Assembly (NCBI RefSeq): GCF_000281045.1
Contig: NW_008246110.1
Span: forward strand, 246,049 to 310,048
Direction: 5' to 3'
DNA length: 64,000 nt
Source of the DNA: Saprolegnia diclina VS20
Lineage: Eukaryota
This document shows, piece after piece, positions 47,301-56,116 of this stretch; position 1 is the stretch's first letter, and every line of letters starts with the position of its first letter. A program made the position numbers and the translations under genes. The notes beneath the pieces are model-generated. The model was not told the origin of the DNA, did no database searches, and saw nothing but the letters and a program-made list of their open reading frames with translations.

Positions 47301-48094
47301 ACGACGGCCTCGAGAGCGAAGACGACGCGGCGACGACGGTGCCAGCCCCGGATATGTGGCCAACCCACCCGACGATCGCCTTTGAGAACGTTGGGATGCG
47401 GTACCGGGCGCACCTTCCGCGGGTGCTGACCGATGTGCATGTCACGGTCGCTGCCAAGGACAAGATTGGCATTTGCGGCCGGACCGGGTCGGGTAAGAGT
47501 TCGCTCATTAGCGCGCTCTTCCGCCTCGTACCGACTGACGCGGGCGTGATCCGCATCGACGGCGTCAACATTGCCCAACTGCCCGTCCAGCAGCTGCGGT
47601 CCAAGCTCACCATCATCCCGCAAGACCCGGTGCTCTTCTCGGGGTCGCTGCGCTTCAACTTGGACCCGTCGGGGACGGCGTCCGATGCGGAGCTCTACAG
47701 CGCGCTCAAGCGCGTGCAGTTGGCCTCGTACGTGGCGACGCGGGGCGGGCTGGAGATGACAGTGACCGAGAAAGGCGGCAACCTCTCGGTGGGCCAGCGA
47801 CAGCTGCTCTGCATCGCGCGCGCGCTGCTGCGCGACACCAAGATCGTCGTGCTGGACGAAGCGACGGCCAACGTCGACATCGAGTCGGACAAGCTCATTC
47901 AAGACGCGGTGCGGACGTGCTTTGCAGAGATGACGCTGCTCGTAATCGCGCATCGCCTCGAGACCATCCTGCACTGCGACAAGATCCTGCTGCTTGACCA
48001 AGGCCGCGTGCTCGAGTACGACACACCGACGAACCTTCTCGCGATTGACGGCGGCGCGTTCCAAGGCCTCATGCAGCAAGCTGGCCTCGCATAG
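44357..48094 (+). CDS. ABC transporter subfamily C (MRP-like), full-length, single exon
   Basis: TMD-NBD-TMD-NBD layout: GPVGSGKSS, IGERGINLSGGQKAR, LLDDPLSA; FFDVTPIGRILNRF; GRTGSGKSS, LSVGQRQ, LDEATA, IAHRL. Confidence 0.97.
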   Translation: MATTTPYVSLEKTRHPVETAGAASMATMAWLDPLIRRGARTPLNEADVWPLCQVDTAAAVHDRFQEQWQLERQAIAPALHKAIWRTFRREILSTIGLYLVSAGLTLLQPWVIKSILEYLQAPPGNVVTSLGISSGYGLAGLLAGLSIVSIACADYAQYIAAHIGCNVKTIFVDSVYLHTLSLSSTSKQQVSSGDVVAMATIDAEKMLQGFWLGFWSLVAPLMLLVIMLLIGVELGVATGLIGGGFMLLFMVAGYLSGTRVGAVKRRLLSVQAERVKLMNEVLQGIRVVKLYAWEKDLEAHISAVRAREFELIKTFQALRVLNTVTLFAAPLVTMAVVWVSYIGLGHTMDPTKAFTVMALLNAALLPCTIFSNAVMYASEAYASSQRVNKFLLLDSMPPAQLTPATSAAHVSLRDAAFAWEDSSPVLHDLQLELHGPSLTVLVGPVGSGKSSLVQAILGEMHQLHGTRDVAGNVAYASQEAWIQHDSLRNNILFADVYDATKYNAVLDACQLRADLAMLPDGDATEIGERGINLSGGQKARVALARALYKTNADLVLLDDPLSALDVHVASAVFTDGLTRLLEHKTTLLVLNSHYHLLAHADRILVLDHGRIVADGSYADVMATCPHLVTNGMTMTTSSPETPATAATVAPDTVAKPTTSGGLVAQEERAIGAVSVATYVKYFGASGWNGRYVGASVLLSYLVCQGVVVSGDLYLSHWSNAPLRASSVASSWSYASIILAAVLLVWGRSMYALFVAQRCSQSLHTRLFRKVLSLSVPTFFDVTPIGRILNRFSTDLDLLDSQVPFYGFMLLQFVFQILAVLLVCGATTPYVIILYPVMLVAFYKVLQYFNPTASALKRLESVTRSPLVTSISETLHGLSTIRAFNLAPTFLTTHRRKLDHHMQFFSTFYMARAWFQMRLDWLSAAIIVVVAFLCIGLQTSLGVVSAGLSLTYAAQLSAFLSKCAMFYNNVDTMMTSVERLAFYDGLESEDDAATTVPAPDMWPTHPTIAFENVGMRYRAHLPRVLTDVHVTVAAKDKIGICGRTGSGKSSLISALFRLVPTDAGVIRIDGVNIAQLPVQQLRSKLTIIPQDPVLFSGSLRFNLDPSGTASDAELYSALKRVQLASYVATRGGLEMTVTEKGGNLSVGQRQLLCIARALLRDTKIVVLDEATANVDIESDKLIQDAVRTCFAEMTLLVIAHRLETILHCDKILLLDQGRVLEYDTPTNLLAIDGGAFQGLMQQAGLA

Positions 48095-48496
48095 TCCATA
48101 CCTAGTGTCTCTTGCTGGTCAATACTAGTCCCTTCGCTTGTGATTTGAGCTTGACGCAAGTCGCCAAACATCGGCGCACGCAGCACGACGTCACTGGCTG
48201 GCCGAACGCGACGATGGAGGTAATGCTAGCTTTGGTCTGGCCTTCTACTGCCTCCACGCGTGTGTCGCTATCAAGTGGGGAAGGCGCTAGGGCCTTTGGG
48301 TAGGGCGTGAGCTGGGTAAGACGGAAGCTGGGCGGGCTGCTGGGCCGCACGACGGAGGCAATGCTGTTGGCCTTTCTTGCGATCTCAACGCGGTATCTTT
48401 TTCAGTTGACTTTTGATCAAATAACTTGCGTTTTGTATGCCTCGCGTTCAACACATGGCTTGAAACTCCAAAATCGAACGTTCGCTGCGGACGTCG

Positions 48497-50983
48497 ATGG
48501 CCGAGCACCCGCGGGCCCTCTCGCTGGCGCTCATGGCAGACCGCAAGGCGCCGACGATGCGTCTGCAGAGAGAGCTGCGGCGGCCCGCGATGCGCCTGCC
48601 CTTCGACGACGAGCTTCTCGAGACGCGCCAAGCAGCCAAGTCGCCGGCGTCGCCGACCGAGATTGTTCGACCCAAGTCGCGACTGCGCGTGCCCACAAAG
48701 TACCGCGGCCGAGCACTGGAGCCGACGACGACGCGCAAGCAGTTGCGACCAGCTGCTTCGCCCCGGGGTCTGTCCGAGGACGACGACGAGCCATCCATCT
48801 TTGGCTCGTACCGCAGCACGCAGACAAGCCCCACGTGGACCAAGACGCGCGCTTCATCGGCGACAGCGTCGCCGTTGACGTCGACCGACCTCTCAGACGA
48901 CGGCGACTTGCTTTCGCCAAGTCTTCGATCGTTCTCGTCGTTGTCGCGGGCCGCATCGGACGACCGGTTCGAGTTGGCGCGCCGCCACAAGAGCAACAAC
49001 GACGATGACACCACCGAGAAGCGTTCCGTGTCCCGTTTGCAGCAGCCAATGTTGCTCACGCCGCCACGGTCCATGGGGCGTATGACGCCTGCGACACTCT
49101 CTCCGGCGAGCTCGCCAGAGCCGCCACAGCGCACCTCGGTGTTTCGGCGTCCGCTCGCGCCGCCGTCGCCAATCTCACGGTCGACGGAGACGCTGCTGCT
49201 GACGCGCGTGCATTATTTAACAGAGGCGCTTGTGAGTGCCAACCAGTACCACAAGAAGACGCAAGAGCACTTGGCGTGGGCGCTGCAGTCGATGGCGCCG
49301 TCGGACCCGTCGACGCATCGTCGTCCGGCACCACAGCGCGATGACGGCCGACTCTCGGCGCTCTCCGACTGCGTCTCGGCGCTGCAACTCGACCAGCGCG
49401 CGCTCAAGCAAACCTTTCACGCGCACGTCACCGCGTTCACACACGATTTCGACCAGCTGCGCCGCATGGTCACGCAGCAGCAAGACAAGGCCGTGCACCA
49501 GAGCTCGCACGTGCGCGCGCTGCAGTCGCAGTACGCAGCCTTGCTCGACGAGCGCAAGAAGCTGCACAATACCATCCAAGAGCTCCGCGGTACGCCTATC
49601 GCATCGACGCTCGTCTCATCCAAAATCCAGGCAACATTCGTGTGTACTGCCGCATCCGCCCCATCGTCGGGCGGCTTGGTGTGCGTGTTGACTCGCATGA
49701 AGCGCTCACGGTCAAGACCGACGACGCGTCCGAGACCTCGTTTGTCGTCGACAAGGTGTTTGACGAGCGCACGTCCCAGCGTCGGTGCCCAGGATGTCGC
49801 TGCCGTAGCTCACGCGCCTCGTCGATTAGGAGACGTCTACTACGAGATCGCACCGCTCGTCACATCCGCGCTCGATGGCTACAACGTGTGCATCCTTGCC
49901 TATGGCCAAGTCCGCAAATGTGTCCGTAGAAGCTGTCCAACTGACGTGCTCGTCATGTAGACGGGGTCGGGCAAGACGCATACGATGCTTGGTGACGTCC
50001 GCAGCGTCGAGACGAGGTTGTGTTTGTCTGCTTGATGCTGGCTCACAAATTGATGTGCTAGCGGTATCTCAATCCGCGTGTTTGAGCAGCTTTTTGAGCA
50101 AAATCGCACTGGCGAGTACGCTTGTCCGAGGCTACGACGGCGCGTCATGTTCCCATGGTGTAGCACCCACGTGGAGCTTTCGGTCGTGGAGATTTATAAC
50201 GAAAAACTCGTCGACCTCCTCGGCTCCGGACAGCCCAAGCTCGAGATTCACTTGGACAAGAAGGCTGGCGTCTCGGTGCCCAACCGCCGCTGGGTACGAG
50301 AGAAGCATATATCTCGGACCAAGGAGCTCAGTCGCGCGCGTAGATCGCCATGACGTCGGTGCGTCAGTGCGTGCAGACCATGGACCGAGCGCTGCGACAC
50401 CGCGCTGTGGGCGCCAACGACCTCAACGACGCCAGCAGCCGATCGCACTGGTACTCGCCCATCATCGTCGCAGCCTTTTCAACGCGTGTGTAGCATCACG
50501 TCGGTGCGGATACGACGGCACCACGCGTCGTTGCCGCAGACGACCGAGTCCAAAGTGCACCTCGTCGACCTTGCAGGCTCGGAGCGTCTCGGGACGTCCA
50601 ACTCGGTACCGCTAGTGTTTCGTGCTGGCTGCAAATATCTCGTGTAGCATGGCGATCGGCGCACGGAGGCGCAGCACATCAACAAGTCGCTCAGTGCGCT
50701 TCGCCATGTGCTCTTGCAGCTTAAGAACAAGGACGCGTACGTCTCGTACCGCAACAGCAAGCTCACGATGCTGCTGCAAGACGCAATTGGTACACTTCCA
50801 CGTACAAGAGACGGTGGAGATATAGTCCTCGTAGGGGGGCACGCCAAGACGCTGCTGCTTCTCTGCGTCAACCCGCTCGCGACCAACGCGCTCGAAACGA
50901 AATGCTCGCTTGTCTTTGGCGAGCGTGCGAACGCCGTCGAGCTTGGCAAGGCCAAGCAGCACGTGATGCGTTCGCCAACGTAA
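48497..50983 (+). CDS. Kinesin-14-like (C-terminal motor) protein, multi-exon
   Basis: Neck RKKLHNTIQELRG|NIRVYCRI, then SALDGYNVCILAYGQ|TGSGKT, VEIYNE, SSRSH, LVDLAGSER, HINKSLSAL and YRNSKLTMLLQD. Confidence 0.92.
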
Positions 50984-51367
50984 CACAGGCTGTCTTGGCT
51001 TCATATCTCGCCGAAGGGATGGTTCCGGATCTGGGCACAGTCGACTAGGGTTAGGGCACTCAGCTATGGTTAGGGTCGTTCGCGACACCTCGCAGGATCA
51101 ATCGCTACTGGTTGAGAGGAACCGTTCGTGGGGCACAAGGAAGACGACCTAGTGCCGCCATGATCCTGCGCCTGCACGAGATAGAGCGAACCCTCCATAG
51201 TGTGGTGACGCGCTGGTTCTTCTTCGTCGGACATGCTGCTGCGATGTCACTGGAGATTTGCCAGACGACCAGGCTCCCTCCTCGATAAAGTCTCGAAGTA
51301 GCGACCCTGATCGTCGAAAGCCGCGTGGGTGGTGGAGGTGGAAAGAAGTTTTCACTGCCAGAACACT

Positions 51368-54300
51368 TTATAGTCTCTGCGTTGGCGAGTCAGCGGCGTC
51401 TTCTAGATGGATCGTCTGTGTGTTGGGCGACGCATCGCGCTCGAGCTGCTTCATGACAGTGGAGTAGACGACAGTCGAGTTGGGCTGCCACTGCGGCTCC
51501 AAGGCCGCCAACATGTGATCAATGTCGAGCTCGTACAAGAGCGGGTCGTACTCGAGTCGGTTCGTCGCCGTCGTTTCAAAGGTCGATCGGAGTTTGTTCA
51601 AACGAATCACTTCGTGCTGGAGGCGCTGGTTCTCGCCCGCGAGCCGCGCCGCCTCGAGGATGAGCTGCCGTCCTTGGGTCGCAAACGGTACTTGGGCTTC
51701 CAGCAAGGCTTGCGTTTCGATGCGGAAGCGAGAGTTGAGAGCTTTCACGTCCATGAAGTAGCGCATGTGCGCTTGGATCTCGAGCTCTTCGGCCGCGAGG
51801 AGCTCGTACGTCGAGAACTCGCGGTAGCAGTCTTCCGTGAGGGTTGCCAGTGTCTCACGCAGGAGATCGCACTGCTCTTCCAAGTCCAACTGGATCATCG
51901 CGTCCGTGCGGGCAATGACGGACGCGTAGTCTTCGCCGTCTTCGTTGAGCTCGAGCGCGGGCTCGACAAACTTGGGGTCGCGTTTCTTGGCCGCGAGCCA
52001 AACGTCAGCTTGGAACTCGACGGCCGCCATTTGCTTGGCCAAGCTCGCTTCAATCTTGGCGGCGGCCTGCGCGCGCCACACGTGCACGCGAGCGTCCATG
52101 CGCTTCTTGTAAAAGGCGCGCTGCCGCAAGGTGCGGTACGTGCGCTGCAGCACGATCGCAGCTTTCGAATCGCGGTCGATCGTCTCGGCCGTAAACTGGT
52201 TGGTGCGCGCTCTCGCGATACCGGCCGCGCGGTCTTCTTCGTCTCGCTTGCGCTTCCGGTCCCGCGACGCTTCGGTGATTGCTCGCCAGCGCATAAAGTG
52301 CTGCTTGCGCCGCCATGCGCGCTGGAGCGTCTTGGTGGCAGCGAGCACCGACGCGGCGTAGAGGCGGACGCGGGCTCGTGTGAGGTATCCTCGCACCACA
52401 GCTTGGATGTGGGAGGCCTTCTGGTACCGGTGTATAAGGACGGAGGGGGCGAGCCACCCGCGCGCCAGCAGAGACGACCGGTAAAAGCGCACAAGCGTCG
52501 CGACAGCGCCGCGCTGGACGAGCACAAAGCGACTCCACGCATTGGCGTGTACGTCGGTGGCAATGAGGCCCTCCCAGTACAGCGCCCGGGTCGCGTCGTG
52601 CTTGCGCCGGCGAGCGCGGCCGAGGAAGTAGGTCAAGAAGCGCAGCTTGCCCTTCCACATACGCCACGTGGCTTGGATCTTGAGGGCACACGCACCGCGA
52701 TGCGCAATCATGGCGCGCACACGGGCTTGCTGATTCCGCCGCCTACACCATGTACATAGTGTCATGTCGTCTGTAGACCGGAAATCGAAGCCACTGTACA
52801 CAATGTGGTGAAAGAACCGTTGGAGGCACCGGGCCGCCACGTCGTCGCGGTACGCTCGCTCGAGGAAGAGGCTCCACTCTTGGTGCGCGCGGAGGCGACC
52901 GTGCCACCCCCGCATTAGTTTTTGCAGCGCCAATGCGACGCTCAGCGCCGCCATGCGTTTTCGCTGCCAGCGCTCGGCGAGCGCGTGCTGATACACGCTG
53001 TTGGGCGTGAGGAGGCAGAGCACCACCGGCCGGTCGTAGGCAGTTTGGAGAATGCACCGCATTGCGCGTTGCCGCCCAAGGACGCCGCGCCAGTGGCGCT
53101 GGATCGTCGTCGTGCTGCCGTTCAGCGTGCGCGCAAACGCGATCCCTGCAAAGTGGGCTCGAAAAGCCTTTTGAATCGTGGAGGCAGCGGTGAGCCGCCG
53201 GGCCGCGACCTCGGCGACATGCACGCGCCAGCGCGTCGCCCACCGGCGCCCGAGAAAACCGCGAACTACGCGCGTCATGTGGAGGGACGCGAGTAGGTGA
53301 CGGTCCATCGTCAGCATGTACGTCGCCATGGCCTCGATCGTGGTCGCGCGCAGCTGCGACGCGGCGGTTCGGCCACAGGCGCCGCGCCACACGCGCTGAA
53401 AGAGGCGCGCGCCCACATCTTGTCGCCGCGCTCGCTCAGCATTGGCAGCACGATGTCGCGTCGCTGCGAGACGCCCGAGATGCCCGCGGTACACACGCTG
53501 CAGTAGCTGCACCGCATGCTGCTCCTTGGCCACTTGGGCAACGTACCGAGCGTACGCTGCCGCTTCGCGGCGCAGTCGAACGTGACGGCGGATCGCGCAC
53601 CAGAACACAAAGTACCGCAGGGCGCGCTGCAGGAGGCGCGCCGAGCCGTCGATTTTCGCGGCGAGTGCTTCGGCGTCGGCCACACGTTGTTTGGCGTCGG
53701 CGAGGCGCGCTTGCTGCGCTCGAAATCCCCGCTGGATACGCCCCGCCATGCGACTCCGGTAGCGCAAGCGAGCACTCGCCAAGCGGCGGCGCAAGAGGCG
53801 CTGCCGTGTGCGCACGAGACACGTCCGCGTCCAGTGCACGATGGCGACGGCGGCTTGCTGCACGAGGCGGGCCCGTGCGAGGTACGCGCCGGTCTCGAAC
53901 GGCCGAGGAATCAACGCCAGGTGGTGCGGATCCAAGCGCGTACGCGGGTGCGTCATTTCCACCGCTTGGAGCGCTGCGAGGTGCACGTTGCAGCCGTGCA
54001 CGTTCAAGCTCGTAAGGAGGCGGGCGGCGTCGTCGGGCTCGAACAGCATGACACCTGCGTCGGTCACATACGGGTTGCCGGCCACGTTGAGGACCGCGAG
54101 TTCTGCGCACGCCTCGAGAAGCACGCCAAAGATGTGGTTGCCAACATGGTTGCAGTGCTGGGCGTCCAAAACGCGGAGGCGCGGCGTCGCCATGAGCAGT
54201 GCGCAGAGCGCGTCGGACGAGAGGTGCCGGCTGCGCGAGACGTTGAGGTGCGTGAGCAGCGACGCGTTTTTCAACAGACTTGCGCACACGTCGTCCGTGA

Positions 54301-55939
54301 CGTGCGACCCGAGGTGCAGCTGGGTGAGGCGCGGGAACCGAATACCGCGTAGGATGGGCGCCAAAGCACAGCTCTCGACGTTGGCCTTGTTGAGGTTGAT
54401 GTGGGTGAGCGTCGACTCGAGGAAGAGCGCGCGCAGCGTCCGAGCGGTGAGCTGGGGAGCGCCAAAGAGCCGCTGCTCGTCGGTGGTGATGAGCATGCCG
54501 ACGCCGGTGAACTCGCGCAAATGGCGGCAGTGGCGCGCCAGAGCGATCGCGGCGTCGCTGTCGAGCGCGCGCGGAAGGCCCGAAACCACGAGGCTTCGGA
54601 GGTCCGGGCAGTTGGCGCCAAGAACCACAAGGCCCTTGGCACTCACGTGGTAGCAGCCCGTGAGGTCGAGGTGCCGCAGTCGTATGCACCGGGTGGTACC
54701 CCGGTCGCTGGTAAAGTCGGCGTCCATTTCGTGCTCGACGGGCGCAAATTGCACCAAGTGTGTGAGGCCCACGTCCGTGACCCGGGCGCAGCCGTGCAGA
54801 ATCAAGGTTTCGAGGTGGGGGCACGACCGACCCAGCGCGATGAGCACGTCATCGGTCATGGCGTGCAGCGCGGCCGTGACGTCGAGGTGCAGCAGCTTCT
54901 TCCCGCAGCCTTTGGCGACGTTGAGGAGACTCGCAAAATGCAACTTTTTCAAGTGCGCGAGCTCGAGCCGCGCGACACTGGACGGGACGAGGCGCTGCTG
55001 CGGCAAGCACCCGTAGAGCGTGATACCTTCCATGTGTGGCAGCGCGTTGAGCTTGAGCTCCTCGAGCTTGGGTGCGTAGTTGAGGACGGCAAGGACTGCC
55101 GTGTCAGTGAGCCGGACGCAGCCCGAGAGGTCGAGGCGCGTGAGCGGCGAATGGCTGTACGGCCGCTCGTTGAGGTAGAACATGCTCTGGTCCGTTAGTT
55201 GCTCGCAGTGCGCGACGAGAAGCGACTGGAGCCGACTAAACGACTGCACGATACAACTAAAGACGACGTCGACGACCCACGGGCTGTGACTCACGTCGAG
55301 CTCGACGACTGTTGAGGCGAAGCTGAGGAGCGCAACACCCGAGAGCTGCGGACAGCGAGAGAGGTGAAGCACGCGAAGCGACGGCAGCTGGCCGAGCACG
55401 CGCAGGCCGGCATCAGTCAAGTTGCGGCACTCGCTAAGATACAGGTGCTGCAGCCGGAGATTTCGCTTCTCCGGTGGCGGGCACGCCAGGTATGCAAGGT
55501 CCGCATCGTGCACGTCCCAGCCCGAGAGGTGCACGGTGCTAGCGAGCTCCACGAGGAACTCGGTCGTGTAAAAGAGCGCAATTGGGATCGTCAGCGCCGA
55601 CGCATCAAGTCCTCGGGCGGACGCGGGCGGCGTCGCGGGGTCACCGCTGTGGTTGTTGATAGGCGACGAAATGGCCGGCAGCCGCGTCGGCTTGAGCTTG
55701 GGCTTGCGTAGCTGCTTGGCCCGCGTGGGTGATGGCGCGAGCAAGGGCTGCTTGGTCGGCGACGTCTCGGGGCCTTCGACCGCCGACAGCACGGGCATCG
55801 CCGTGTGCACGAGAGGAATGAGGTACCCTTTGGACGACTGAAGCACGGGCGCATCTGGCAGCTTCGTCAGTCGCCGCTTGCGTCCCGTCGGACGCAGTCG
55901 CTGTGCAGTCGTGTACGGCGACGGCTCGCTGTTCATCAT
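51368..55939 (-). CDS. Leucine-rich repeat (cysteine-containing, FBXL-type) plus multi-IQ motif and coiled-coil protein
   Basis: LRR-CC repeats (LxxLxLSxCxxLTD) in the N-half, many IQ-like motifs (IQRHWRGVLGR, IQAVVRGYLTR) and a C-terminal coiled coil. There is a probable in-frame intron at 52743-52799. Confidence 0.85.
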   Translation of the reverse strand: MMNSEPSPYTTAQRLRPTGRKRRLTKLPDAPVLQSSKGYLIPLVHTAMPVLSAVEGPETSPTKQPLLAPSPTRAKQLRKPKLKPTRLPAISSPINNHSGDPATPPASARGLDASALTIPIALFYTTEFLVELASTVHLSGWDVHDADLAYLACPPPEKRNLRLQHLYLSECRNLTDAGLRVLGQLPSLRVLHLSRCPQLSGVALLSFASTVVELDVSHSPWVVDVVFSCIVQSFSRLQSLLVAHCEQLTDQSMFYLNERPYSHSPLTRLDLSGCVRLTDTAVLAVLNYAPKLEELKLNALPHMEGITLYGCLPQQRLVPSSVARLELAHLKKLHFASLLNVAKGCGKKLLHLDVTAALHAMTDDVLIALGRSCPHLETLILHGCARVTDVGLTHLVQFAPVEHEMDADFTSDRGTTRCIRLRHLDLTGCYHVSAKGLVVLGANCPDLRSLVVSGLPRALDSDAAIALARHCRHLREFTGVGMLITTDEQRLFGAPQLTARTLRALFLESTLTHINLNKANVESCALAPILRGIRFPRLTQLHLGSHVTDDVCASLLKNASLLTHLNVSRSRHLSSDALCALLMATPRLRVLDAQHCNHVGNHIFGVLLEACAELAVLNVAGNPYVTDAGVMLFEPDDAARLLTSLNVHGCNVHLAALQAVEMTHPRTRLDPHHLALIPRPFETGAYLARARLVQQAAVAIVHWTRTCLVRTRQRLLRRRLASARLRYRSRMAGRIQRGFRAQQARLADAKQRVADAEALAAKIDGSARLLQRALRYFVFWCAIRRHVRLRREAAAYARYVAQVAKEQHAVQLLQRVYRGHLGRLAATRHRAANAERARRQDVGARLFQRVWRGACGRTAASQLRATTIEAMATYMLTMDRHLLASLHMTRVVRGFLGRRWATRWRVHVAEVAARRLTAASTIQKAFRAHFAGIAFARTLNGSTTTIQRHWRGVLGRQRAMRCILQTAYDRPVVLCLLTPNSVYQHALAERWQRKRMAALSVALALQKLMRGWHGRLRAHQEWSLFLERAYRDDVAARCLQRFFHHIVYSGFDFRSTDDMTLCTWCRRRNQQARVRAMIAHRGACALKIQATWRMWKGKLRFLTYFLGRARRRKHDATRALYWEGLIATDVHANAWSRFVLVQRGAVATLVRFYRSSLLARGWLAPSVLIHRYQKASHIQAVVRGYLTRARVRLYAASVLAATKTLQRAWRRKQHFMRWRAITEASRDRKRKRDEEDRAAGIARARTNQFTAETIDRDSKAAIVLQRTYRTLRQRAFYKKRMDARVHVWRAQAAAKIEASLAKQMAAVEFQADVWLAAKKRDPKFVEPALELNEDGEDYASVIARTDAMIQLDLEEQCDLLRETLATLTEDCYREFSTYELLAAEELEIQAHMRYFMDVKALNSRFRIETQALLEAQVPFATQGRQLILEAARLAGENQRLQHEVIRLNKLRSTFETTATNRLEYDPLLYELDIDHMLAALEPQWQPNSTVVYSTVMKQLERDASPNTQTIHLEDAADSPTQRL

Positions 55940-56116
55940 TGCGCCGTGGCTCCTCGTGCTGGATCCCGATCCTGTCACTATTCCCGTGTATTGATATTAT
56001 ATATAGTGTGCAAAGTAATAATAGTGTACGTCTGAAATCACCCATACAAACAGACGGGGCTGCAGAAAGGCAATGGCAGCCGATCAAATAGTGTGAAACA
56101 GAGATCAGTGATCTTC

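Noticed and set aside
51046..51075. TAGGGTTAGGG..TTAGGG telomere-like motifs
   Set aside because: Only 2-3 scattered units, compatible with chance.
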